Source: Bilabrum cf. latius (Eukaryota). From it: a stretch of 64,000 nt of DNA. The position numbers were made by a program, and so were the translations under genes. Positions 13,568 to 24,976 of the stretch are shown in pieces. Under the pieces are notes generated by a model. It did not search any database and was not told the origin of the DNA. It was given only the letters and a program-made list of their open reading frames with translations. Each line of letters opens with the position of its first letter. Position 1 is the first letter of the stretch. The stretch covers positions 1,550,001-1,614,000 of the forward strand of contig OZ237737.1 in NCBI GenBank assembly GCA_965178125.1, in the 5' to 3' direction.

Positions 13568-13868
13568 GCTGGCAGCATTGGAACCAGTCGGTGAGACCGA
13601 TGGGACTGCTGGCAGGCGCTGGACTGGAGCGAGCACGCGCGCAATCGCACCCTAGCGGCCTCGGCGGACCTTACACGGGTCTAGGCGCGGCCCTCGGGCG
13701 TTCTAGGCGTGCTCTCTGGGAGCATCCATTTTGACACTGACACTTTGCACGCAAATTGTGTGTGGTTCCGACAGAACTATGTCTCTCTGCTCCCTCCCAG
13801 CGGTTCGTCGTGGTTCCTAGCGAACCTCACATTGCTGGACCGAGAAATCGCACCTAAATCTGAGCGGT

Positions 13869-16800
13869 ATGCTCAACTCTGCGACTCGAAGCCTGTCTTA
13901 GGATGTTCTAGAAACTAGACGGGACAGAGCTAGGCGTGCCCTCCTCGCTTTTTCGGACGGTAGACTTGGGCAATACTCACGCCAACCTCGACCTCATGCA
14001 CCGAGGCAACAGAGAGCAGGCAGTGAGGAAAAGACAACCGCAACGAGGCACAGCGATGTTGAATCTGGGCTGGTTGAAGGCCGTCAGGCTGTAGCGCTTC
14101 CTGGTCTTCCGTGCACCGTTGTGAAGCCGAAAGGGAGATCGGGCAGCGCGCGGTACGAGAAGGCCTTGCTGGACCGCGGCATCGTAGATTCCAGGATCTT
14201 CGTGTGTCCAAGTGGTGGCGATTAGTACAGTGATTCCGCCAGCACGGTGGGCCGCGCATATCCGATGTTTTCGTTCTCGGTGCTGGGCTACGACCCACAC
14301 GAGGACGAATACAACCACAAGCGAGCGCAGTCCGCCCCCCAGCTGGCCAAGCAGAGATTTGGGGAGCACTTGGTGAGTGCGGCAATACAAGCCGCTGGTG
14401 GCTCTAGCTCTGCTCGGGCGGGGAGTGCGGTGACCGGCACGGGCGGCAGCTCGGCCATGCTGGACGACGGCACGTCCTGGATGCAGTTCGGCCGCAAGCA
14501 GGTGTCTTTCCGGGACCTTCTGTACCCCACCTGGGGCGCGCTCACCGACGAGCCGGACGACCTGGAGCATGGGACGGACCCACCATGGGAACGGGGGCAC
14601 CCGGGGGGCGCAGCGGCGGCCAGCGCTGGCCGTGTTCTCACAGTGCCGGGCGCTCCTGGACCCGGCGGGTACAGCGATGGCGGAAGCAGTGCCGGTCGAT
14701 TTGGAGCGGGCGTGTCTGGCTGGACCGGCGCGGGAGCGGGAGGTGGCCCCGGGCTGCACCTGGAGACGGAGCTCTCGAGGATGGGGGCCGCCGTCAGGGC
14801 CGTCCGGAGGGCAATTGCGCGGCGCCTGCGGAACCGAGCAGGGCCGGCATCAGGTCCTGTACCCGGATCGCTCTCGGGCGGGCCCGTGCTCCGTCTGCGG
14901 AACCTCGATCGGGACGCGCTGGCAGCCGAGGAGTCTGCCCGTCGTGCACGCGTGGAGTGGGGCATGGGCACGGGTTCGCTGCCCGCCTCTTTGGACTCTG
15001 CAGAAGCGATGCGAGCGGCGGCCGATGGGATGCTGGCCTCATCTCCTGGGCTGCTAGAGCTGGTGTCTGCGCGTGCCGCGGCCCAGCGCGCCCTAGGCAG
15101 GCCAGAGGCATCGGGGGAGACCGGGGGCCTGCAGAGGGGGTGCGCGCGCGTGTCGGAGACGGGGTATCGGGTGTCCGTGGTGCCCTTCCAGCCCTGGGGC
15201 CAGGCAAAGCGTTCCTCCAACGAGGCCTTTCTGTCCAACCACGCCTGGCTCCCCCGGGAGCTGGGTCTGACCCACAGCAAGCTGCAACGGCTGCGCAACG
15301 TGCTGGTCGGGGTGGTTCGCAGACTGGACGTCGAGCTTGCGGTGGCAGCGCTGGCTATCATGTACCTGCAGCGGCTGGTGTGGCTGCGCGCTGTCAACAA
15401 GGGGAACCGGAAGGTTGTGGCTGCGTGCTGCCTGCTTCTTGCGCACAAGTTTGCGGCCCCGCAGCCACCGGCCGAGGGCGTGCGTGCGATGATGCTGCCA
15501 GCCCAGCAGGGCGTGCCGCTGGACGAGGAGGAGGAAGGGGAGGAGGAGGGTGGGAACTAGGTCGAGGAAGATAGTTCCTTAGGGAGAGGATGGGGCGAGT
15601 CGAATGGACAGGGGAGTGGCAGCGAGCATAATGCGGCGCAGGCGAGCGAAGTCGACCTGCAAAGCGGAACAGGGCATGAGATGGGGGCTGGCGCAGATGG
15701 AACGGGCGTGAGCGAAGCCAGCGAAGCAGATGTTGAGCGCTAGCCGACTAATTCGCTTGCACCAGACTAGTTGCAGGGGGAGCTAGCACCAGACTAGTTG
15801 CAGGGGGAGCTAGCACCAGACTAGTTGCAGGGGGAGCTTTCGCCGGAAAGTGGCGTGACAGGGCCGGGCCAGCATGTCAGCGACGACAGAGCTGCCACGG
15901 GTGCACCAGGGCCATCTTCAGGGCAGCCCGATGCTCCCTTGTAGCAGCAAGAGGAGGAGGAGGACGAAGAAGAGGAAGAGCAAGAGCTAGAGGGTCAAGT
16001 GAAGGGTGCCGCATTGGGCCCCGCTGAATCGCGGGGCTGGCCGGGCGCCGACGAGGGTTCAAATGGACACGGCAGCGATGACGATGACGCCTCGGACGGG
16101 GCATCCCTCGCGTCTGTCCAGGGCTCCGACTCGGAATCGGAAAGCGACGGCAGCCCCTTGATGGGGGCCCAGGGCCCCGCCCCGGAGCTGAACATGCCCG
16201 GCCCGGGCGTGGTGCTGCGAGCGGCCTGCGAGGCTCTTTAGGTGACCCGCTCCGAGGTGCTGTCCTCGGAGCTGGCAGTGCTGTCCATGCTCGGCTTCGG
16301 GCTGCACGTGCTGCGGGGGCCCCTGGAGCGGCAGCTGCAGCTGATCTGCGAGGACTTTGACGTGGACGCGGCGCAGTATTTCGACGGGGCGGCGGTGGAT
16401 GCCTCGTTCGCGGGGGGTCTGGCGATGGGTGCTGATAGAGGGGGGGGTGCACCTGGGGGTGATGGTGGCGGGGGTTCTCTCATCCGCGGTGGTGGGAGGG
16501 GTGATGGATCGGGTGAGAGGGGGACGTTCGCAAGTGCTCAGAGGAGAACTCAGTAGCAAGGAGCAGCAGCGGGTGTTGCCTCTAGCGTGTCTGCGCATGG
16601 CCTTTAGGCCGGTGACCGGGCTGCAGGTGCCATGCTGCAGGCTGCCATCGCTGCTGGGGAGCACGGATCGAGTGCAGACGCTGATGCAGGGGTCAGCCAC
16701 GGCACAGCTGGGTCCTCGAAGGGGCCCACTGAGGGAGATGCCGCGGGAGAGGCTGGCCCCTTGTCATCAGGCCCTAGGCACGTCGATGAGTGGGCGGGAG

Positions 16801-17354
16801 GAGGCCAAAGCGATGCGATTGCGATTGCGGAAGAGGCCAGAGCGGCTGGTTTGAGCGTGGAGAACGCACAGGATGCGAACGATTTGCTCCGCGTGCTTGG
16901 AGTGCGGGGGGCGAGTATTGCGGGCTAGGGCGGCGATGGCGATGGCGCAGCGGGGGAGGAGGCTGAAGGGGAGGGCGAAGAGTGGGAGTGGGGGGCGCTC
17001 GAGGATGGTCTCCGGGAAGAGGAGGAGGAGGATGGGGTGGATGATGAGGATGAGGGGGGTGATGAGGATGGTGTGTCCGATGAGGATGAGGAGGAGGAGG
17101 AGGAGGAAGGCAGGTATGAGGAAGACGAAGAGGACGAGGCTGCTGGTACATACCAGTAGGTGGACGATGAGCAATAGCATTGGGGCGGTAGCGAGGCACC
17201 GATTGTCGATGAAAGGGATCCGCTAGGGGAAGATAATATGGACGCGCGAGCTAGTCCGGGGCTAGATGACACTGCTGCTGCCGCCGCCGACGCGATTCTC
17301 GTTGCTAGCACCAGCGTGCACGCAATGACCGATGCGGACCTGTCTATACCCTGA
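13869..17354 (+). CDS. CABLES-like cyclin-box protein with long acidic insertions; 14 in-frame TAG; start may be 13779
   Basis: Cyclin-box-like LTHSKLQRLR..LAVAALAIMYLQRLV..VNKGNRKVVAACCLLLAHKF ... VTRSEVLSSELAVLSMLGFGL. One frame with no TAA/TGA from 13869 to TGA 17352-54. Confidence 0.75.
15759..15839 (+). repeat. 27-bp tandem repeat x3 (GCACCAGACTAGTTGCAGGGGGAGCTA), in frame, one TAG per unit
   Basis: Read directly from the sequence; encodes APD*LQGEL three times. Confidence 0.95.
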
Positions 17355-17714
17355 GGCGCATATGACCGAGGTGTTGGATCATCACATGTCATCACGTCTG
17401 GACTGTTTTAATCTCCCGTAGGACTGTAGCCTCCGCCAAGCTTGATCGTGTCTATTTGAGTAGTTGAGGGCCTTCTGGGCCGCATACTGACCGTCATGTG
17501 CCGTAGGTCGTACTCGAAGCTTGGATGCCAGAGCTCGTCTCCTACCATGTTCTATGCCGCAGCTGAGATCAACTCTGCGGCTGGATTCAAAGCGCCTATT
17601 GACACTTTTGATTATTATCTATCACCCCCGCTCATTGTGGCTTCCACAACACCTCAAAATTTAGCAGCAGGAGGCATTTTTGTATCTTGTTACACTTGCG
17701 ACAGTTGTTACAAA

Positions 17715-20700
17715 ATGGCTCCGGGCGGGCGTGGATTCGGTGTGCCTGCCAGTGTGCAGTGGTGTCCAGTCCAACACACTTGCCCGAATTGCACACGATA
17801 TGCATCACAACGAATCTACGGCAAGCAGTTGACTTTGAGTAGTAGCATGTACAGCCACTGTCCCATCTTCACGTCATGGAGAGCCCTGCCTCTCTAGTGC
17901 CTGTTGCAAGGTGTGCTGCTCGCGGTCGTTTGGAGCGCGTATCCAGCTTCACAAGCAGGTGGGGCCAATCCAACACACAGCATCTTTGTGGGAGTTATTG
18001 CCGGCGTCGTTGCTGCCTTCTAGACTGTCGTTGGAGTGTGGGGAGTTCTATCCGTGTCTCGTCGTGGGACTCTAGGGGTGCAAGAGCCGCACCGCCTGAT
18101 CGATACGTGGTCGTCGTGGATGGCTTGGGCAATAGCATTTGCCAATGCATATCTCTGCGTGCAGCTGCTCGAGGAGCGCCACGCTGCTTCGGCGTTCATC
18201 TTTCCAGAGCGAAGAAATGGAGGCCCTCCGATTTCTGGTGCTTCCCTGTGGGTGGCCCTGCTGCATTTTTCGGTAGAAACGCAAGCCCTCATTGGTCTTG
18301 GTGATATCCTTTGCGATGGCATTGGCGTTCGTGTATTCGCCAGCCTGCAGCAGGTGGTAGGAATCGCGTTTTCAGTTTTTATCATCCAAGGCACCGTCAG
18401 GGAGATCGTGCAGTCCGCGGCAGAGCAAAGAGAGGAGCGAATCCAGAGGCGAGTACGCCGCGTGTTGCGCCAAGAAGAGGAACGCGCCCTCGAGGACCGC
18501 AGTAAGCTGCAAGATTGGATTCGACTGCAGCGCCTGCAGCAAGCCGACTTGGCCTGGCGCACTCATCCTGCCGCCGATTCGCCGAGCAAGGCAGCGCGCC
18601 CTTCGTCCCATCATGGGTCACCAGTAGGCCGCGCAGCATCAGTCGGCCGACCGGCCCCGCCCTCTCCACAGTGGCAGGACGTGGCCCCCGGCTCCTGGTC
18701 GGGGCCGAGCTCGTCGGAGTCCGAGAGCGGCAGCGTAACGAGCGAGGGCAGCGGCTGGGACGCCAGACGGGACAGGAGGCGCGGCAGCTCAGCGTCCCCC
18801 AACGGCGGCGATGATGATGGCGGCGACGACTGGGACCGGCTGGCTGGCTGGGCAGGCGCAGGGGCAGGGGCAGGCGGGGCTGCCAGCAGCAGCGGAGCGA
18901 CCGGTTCTTCCGATTCGGAATCGGAATCAGGCGGCAGGCAGGCTCGGGAAGAGCTGAGGAACAGTGGGGGCGGGCCACTGGTCCCGCCTGTGCTCGCTCT
19001 CCCCGACTCGGCCGCAAAAGCAAGTGGAGACCCATCAGGTGGAGTAGCAAGCGGACTAGGCGCTAATACCAACGGCAGCAGCAGCAGCAGCAGCGGCATC
19101 GTTGGCTCAAGCCCCTCTAGAGGCGGGAAGGAGAAGGCCACCGAGGTGGAGCAGGGCGACATGGCCCCCGGCCCCTTGTTCCCTGGCTCCCCCACGACGG
19201 CCCCGTTGAGCTCCTCGATGGTCGTGCAGCCCACAGGGGCACTGGCAGCGGCGGGGAACAACGGGGCGGGGAACAGGATGAGGGGAAGGGGCAGTAGCAG
19301 CAGCAGGCGCGCGGGCCTGAGTTTGTTGGCTCCCATGTCGCCCCGGTCTGCGGGCGGCAGCAGAGGGGCCACTCGCGGCAGCCACAGCATGCGGGTGGTG
19401 GGCACTAAGCGGAGGCCGAGCGAGGGCAGCACCCACACGCCGGCACGGCGCAAAGGCTCCACGTCTTCTAGAGATGGAAGGCAAGGAGGATGGGGGGATA
19501 TAGGTTCGGTGGTGAGCCGGGTCCGCAGCGCGCGAGCCCCAGGGAACAAGAGCAAGAGCCAGAGCCGGCTGGGAGCCCTCGCCTTCGAGCGGGTGCAGTC
19601 CATGCGGCTCATGCCCAAGCCATCTCCCGACGGGCAGCTGCTCTCGTCGGAATCTGATTCCGAGTCCGGGTCCGAGGGCGGAGGGGCGATCGCGCGCGGC
19701 ATCAGCGACAGGGGCTCGGCCCGCTCGGGCTCCGTGGGCACGGGCCGGAGCCGGGGAGGACCGGGCTCTAGCTCCAGGGGGGCCGCCTCCAGAAGTCTCT
19801 ACGCTCCCGGGGCAGCAAGCATGCGGTCCGGGACGGATGGCCTCGTGCACAGCTCCACTCTCGGCGTGGGGGCCGGGGCCCAGTCGTCGCAGGGCCGCAG
19901 CCAGCTGCCGGTGCGGCGGTGGGTGGGAGCAGCGCACGGAGACGATGGGCCCGTGGCTGCCTCGCCGCTGTGGCGGGCCCGCGGGGGCAATGGACGACTC
20001 CCCGGGTCTCCTGTGGGGAACAGCCCCCTGGGGGTGGGACCGTTGGGGCGTGCTGGTGTCGGTGGGGGAGTGCATGGGGCTGGCATTGGGGTGGATGCGG
20101 ACGGCCGGCCTCCTCCTCTATCGCTCGCTGGCAATGGCACGGGGCGTGGCTCGCGTGTGACGAGTGCAGGGCACGATGGAGGCGCCGGGGCGGGGGTCGG
20201 GCTGGGTGGCGGGTACGCGGGTGCAGCAGCACAGGTGCAGGCAGCACCGGCGGGCGCGGGGGCGACCAGGCGGCGCGGGAGGGGCTGCTGCGCCAGCTCG
20301 TGCCGGGGCCTCGCCCTGATTCTGTGCTGCCGTTGGTGTGACCTGCTTGCTCTGTGGGTAGCGGAGGACTAGGAGAGGGAGTGGGAGGACTCGAGGGTGG
20401 CCTGGGTCACCACGGGGGAGGGGTCTCCCAGGCCCGGGCCCGTGGACGTGCAGCCGCAGCTACAGCAGCGCGGGGGGGGTCTCGGGGCCCATGGACACAC
20501 CGTGGGGGGTGGCGCCTGGCGGCCTGGCCCCGTGGCGAGGACCTCATCTCGGTTTGCGCTGCTGCTGGACAGCGACGAGGAGGTCGAGGACGAGGACGGC
20601 GAAGGGGCCACTGGTGGGACCGGGAGCGGGCAGGATCGTGGTGGCAGCAGCACACCCACGGCGGTAGCTAGCCGCAGCGATAGCGTGGCAATGCGCAGTA

Positions 20701-21770
20701 GCGCGCTGGGCCCCGTGCCCCGACTCCTCTAGCCGCAGGCTCAGGCACAGAGACACGGACAAGGACTTGGCCCGGCAGTGACCCCGCACATTGCAGCGTC
20801 AGGGTCTTCCAGCGTCAGCATCGCCGGCTACCAGACGCTGCCCTTCACACCACCCGTCTCTGGAGGCGTGCGTGGGTCCAATCACCGGCAGGGCGGGCGT
20901 GCACAGGCGCAGGACGACTAGAACGGGGGTGGGTCGTGCCGCTGGGAGTGCTGCGAGCTTGCGTACGTGCTCGAGGGAACTGCGGTGGATGCCGGCGAGT
21001 GCGTGGACCTAGGCTGCTGCCGGCCCTGCGGAGAGGCATGGAGTAAGTGTACCAAGAGTCCTCAGGTCGTGTCGACCCGGCGGCAGGCCAGGCGGAACAT
21101 CTGCTGCGTCTCGGCCGTGCTCCAGGCGCTGCTGCTGACCTCCCTGCTGCTGGCGGGGCATTCCACCGCGCAGGCCCTCGTGGCCCGGCAGGCGTCTTCC
21201 CGTGAGACGATCGGGCTCTGGATCGGGGTGGTGGTACAGGCGCTGCAGGTCGTGCTACTGCTGGCCACTGCGCTCAAGTTCATCCGGCGCGCCTGGCAGC
21301 TGACCGTGTGCTTCGTGCTGCAGAGCTACGTGGCCCTGGTGTTCGCCTTCGCTGGCGTGTACCTGCTGCTCTTCTTCGTAGACCAGGACTCGCTCTTCGT
21401 GCCCAGGAGGGCGTGGACGAACCAGCTGGACATCCCGCTGGCAGCCGCGCCGCACCCCGCCTGGTTCGCAGTATCCCTGTACAGCGAGTTCGCGTACTTC
21501 GCGCTGGTGGTACAGAGCAGCGTGGGCTTCGGGGACGTGTACCCGCTGCTGTGGTGGTCCAGGCTGGCGTGCACACTGCACATGATCGTCGCGGTGGTGG
21601 CCAATGTGGCGCTGCTGGGCTTCGGGCTGACGCACGTCGGCGAGGCCGTGGCGGCTCGTCGCAAGAAGCAGCGGGACCAGCAGCAGGGCCAAGGGCTCAG
21701 CGGGATCGTGCAGGTGATGCAGACGGCTGGGTGCCTGGATGCAGAGGGGAAGTGTACCCAGGGGGGTGAG

Positions 21771-21801
<31 letters not shown>

Positions 21802-22409
21802 TGGGCTCACGTGCGTGCGGAGGGGAGGGGTAGGATGCAGGTGGTGGTGGTTCGTCGGGTGGGCCTGGTGGCAGGGCGCCCGCCCGCCGCGGCTCCCGCA
21901 GGAGGGTGGGGCATGAGATGGGCCAGGGGCAGGGGATGCACGGGAGGGGGGGCTCTGCCCCTGGCAGGCCCGGCGATGGAGGAAGCGGCACCAGTTTTCA
22001 GAGCCTGCTGTCAGACCTCGCCCAGGAGGAGGAAGGGGAGGAAGAGGGGGAGGGGCAGGGGCAGGGCACTGGGCTGGGCAGCTCGAGCCAGCCTGGAGGC
22101 GGTGGTGGAGGGAAAGGGGACGCCATCGGGGCCGGTGCAGGCGCGGGTGCTGCCTCCCAGCTGGCCCTGGAGCAGGCGGCGCTGAGGCTGGGCGGGGAGC
22201 TGCTGCGGACGGGGCCCAGGCTTCGCGCACGGGTGCCGCGGCGGCGGGAGCTGGCACGCGATGGTGGTGCTGGGCCAGGGCGGGTGGGAGTGCAGGTTGG
22301 GGTGGGGCCGAGCCGCAGCAGCAGGAGGGCAAGCGCGGGGGACGGGCTGCTGCGGGCGCCGGGCGTGCGGCTGTCTCCATCCTTGCCCCCGCGGCCGTAC
22401 AACGGCTGA
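17715..22409 (+). CDS. Potassium-channel-like protein with two pore (Ion_trans_2-type) domains and a very long low-complexity linker; 6 in-frame TAG
   Basis: Pore 1: LHFSVETQALIGLGDI. Pore 2: AYFALVVQSSVGFGDVYP. Each pore is flanked by hydrophobic helices. TAGs at 17895, 18021, 20370, 20730, 20919 and 21831; ends TGA. Confidence 0.75.
21771..21800 (+). repeat. (TGC)n microsatellite encoding a 10-Cys run
   Basis: tgctgctgctgctgctgttgctgctgctgc, in frame in the channel C-terminal tail. Confidence 0.9.
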
Positions 22410-22634
22410 GGGCCGTTCGAGGAAATCGATTATTGATCGTGCGTGGTTTCGGTGAGGCGCAGGTTTATTCATAGGCTATTTCTACACGCTTTACACCAAG
22501 CGCCTTGGCCAGACTTCGTGTGCAGAGTCTATCGGTACAGGCGCCAATTGTATGGTCAAGCCACCAGCACCAGCACCAGCACCAGCAATCCAAAGTAGAC
22601 CAGCCAGCAACCCTCCTTGCTTCCCAACTCAACC

Positions 22635-23890
22635 TCACTGCGGCCCCAGCGCTCGTCGCAGCAGTCCCTTCTGCCCCTCAGACAAGTGCGCGGGGTACTG
22701 CACGTCGAACTCGATGACCAAATCGCCTCTGCTGGCGGGGCTCTTGCTCAGCGGCATGCCCTCGCCCCTCTTGCGCTTGCTGTACCCGGGGGCCACCACC
22801 TCGTTGCAGGCGACCGGCACCTGCCGCCCGTCCAGCGTGGGCACCGTCACAGTGCAGTCGGTGAGTGCCTGCAGCAGCGAGATGCGAGCCGTGTACACTA
22901 GGTCGTTGCCCTTGCGCTTGAAGTGCGCGTGGGGCTTCTCCCCGATGACAAACACCAGGTCAGCAGGGATGACCCCGGGGGCCTCGTCCCCCTCCTTCGG
23001 GAACGTGATGGACGTGCCTGCCTTCCAGCCGGGCTTGACTTTGATCTCCAGGATCTTGGGCTCCGACCGGGGCTTCCCGTCGGACCCCACGCGCTTCCTC
23101 GTCACACGGATCCTCTTGGTGGCCCCGTTGAAGAGCTCCTCCAGCGTGCAGTTGAGCTGCGTGCGCACCGGCTTGGCCTTCTTCGGGCCGCTGCTGGCGC
23201 CGCCCATGGCCGCGCCACCCATCCTAGCAGCCATGCCGGGCATGCCTCCCATTCCCCCGAAAATGCCAGCCATGCCAGTGCCGTCGTCCTCCCCCATGAA
23301 CGAGGCGAACGGGCTGTCCGTGCCAAACACTCTCTTGAACACCTCATTCGGATCGCCCCTGAACTAGTAGCCTCCCTTAAATCCGCCACCAGCACCTCCT
23401 GTCGGCGGACCGCCTTGCAAGCCCGCCTTTCCGTACTTGTCGTAGACGGCTCGCTTTTCCTTGTCGCTGAGAACGTCGTAAGCTTCGCTAACCTTCCCAA
23501 ACATCTTCTTGGATTTCTCCTGCGGCGATACAAACAGTGCATTCAAACATAGCGTGAGACTCATCGTGCTGATGCGGACCACGAGACACACTGTCGGCGT
23601 CTGCCCAGGTGCCGCATCCCAGCTGGCATTGCGAGGCCCGCAGACCAGCAGGAGCAGTGACAGCTAATCTTACCTAGTTATCAGGATTCTTGTCCGGGTG
23701 CCATTTCAATGCTAACTTCCTATACCTGCGAAGTTGCAGAGGTGCGATATGAAACGGGGGAAACTTGTAGAATCAGCGCGAAAGAGTACGGGTTGCTTGT
23801 CGAGCCGATCTTCTGTGCTCACGCTTTCTTGATCTCCGATTCACTAGCTGATCGAGAGACTCCAAGTACCTTATAGTAATCGTCTGCCAT
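22635..23890 (-). CDS. DNAJB: DnaJ/Hsp40 class B (Sis1/DNAJB-like); introns 23726-23822 and 23520-23673; 2 in-frame TAG
   Basis: [45 protein letters not shown], then a G/F-rich region, then a C-terminal domain ([23 protein letters not shown]). Ends TGA. Confidence 0.93.
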
Positions 23891-24028
23891 GTTGGGGGGC
23901 TTTTGCTCGGAGACGTGTGCAGTATTCGCACTTTCAGAACGAACAAACCGATACATTTTGAAATAGAACGTTACAAACAACTGCAACTCCGGTTTTGGCG
24001 AATCTCCTCAGCTGTTCTGATCAGGATC

Positions 24029-24390
24029 ATGGAGCAAGGGTCCACTGCAGACGCTGGAACATCAATTTCATCTAGAAAGGTGTGCTACGGCACGCGCGAC
24101 GTGTACTTTGCGTGCTTGGGTGAGGAAACTGTGCCGGATTCATGGAAGAGTTGCAGTTGGCGTTCAGCTTCGAGCCTTTCAGCCTGTCGCTGCACTCGAT
24201 CGCAGACAAGTTCAACGATGATAAGAGCCGATGCGCATCAGAGCGAGAAGCCTACATCGGCACGTGCCGCAAGTCATGGCGCAAGTACTTTAACGAACGG
24301 CGACGAGTGGGCAAGAAGCCACCAGTCACTGCAGTATTTCCCAATGGGGCTGTCAAGGTGGATAAATCGCAAAAAAGAACCTACTTATGA
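24029..24390 (+). CDS. COA6: COA6/COX6B-family CX9C-CX10C small mitochondrial protein, copy 1; intron 24120-24205
   Basis: Spliced product SRKVCYGTRDVYFACLDKFNDDKSRCASEREAYIGTCRKSWRKYFNERR. G|GTGAG donor and CAG acceptor; ends TGA. Confidence 0.8.
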
Positions 24391-24580
24391 TGTAGACTCC
24401 GTGAAAATGCGCAGAGAGCACGAAACTGGTGCAGACACGTGTGACGATCGACCGCGCTGGTGCTCCAAGGCAAAGCTACATTCGAGCTGAGCACAACACA
24501 GCGCACAGCGCCAATTCCGAGTGCGTGACACACATACTGTTCGTAGGTCAAGCTCATTGCCGCTGGATTCTGAGGAGTCC

Positions 24581-24814
24581 ATGTCCACGTCAAATCCAGC
24601 GACTGGCCAGTCTGCCAGGCAAGCCTGCTACGATGCGCGCGACGCGTATTTCCAATGCCTGGACAAGAAGTCACCAAGCTGCGAGTCCCTGGACGTCGTG
24701 TTTCGGACAAAATGCAAGCCGTCCTGGGCAAAGTATTTCTTGCAGCTACGAAAGGGTGGCAAGCGGATCCTGCAGGTAGATACGTACAGCCAAGGCAAGC
24801 GAACAGGGAGCTGA
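24581..24814 (+). CDS. COA6: COA6/COX6B-family CX9C-CX10C protein, copy 2 (intronless)
   Basis: ARQACYDARDAYFQCLDKKSPSCESLDVVFRTKCKPSWAKYF; ends TGA. Confidence 0.8.
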   Translation: MSTSNPATGQSARQACYDARDAYFQCLDKKSPSCESLDVVFRTKCKPSWAKYFLQLRKGGKRILQVDTYSQGKRTGS

Positions 24815-24976
24815 AGAAACTTGATGGGCGATGCCAGTCCATTTGTTGAATAGAATAATCATTCTTGCCTTGAATTTGTCGCCGTCATAAACATAAAGCA
24901 GTTGCAACCGGAACCACCTTATCGGCGGGCGCCTTCGCCAATAGATCTATCCATAGAAACATCAACTAGATAAGGG

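Noticed and set aside
15759-15839. 27-bp direct repeats as a CRISPR array or mobile-element end
   Set aside because: The units are head-to-tail with no spacers, lie in frame within a eukaryotic CDS, and have no cas or transposase genes nearby.
17355-17714. Possible suppressor tRNA or ncRNA in this intergenic gap (short GCCGCAG/CTGCGGC inverted repeat)
   Set aside because: I could not build a cloverleaf, T-loop or CTA anticodon arm by eye. tRNAscan-SE or Infernal would be needed.
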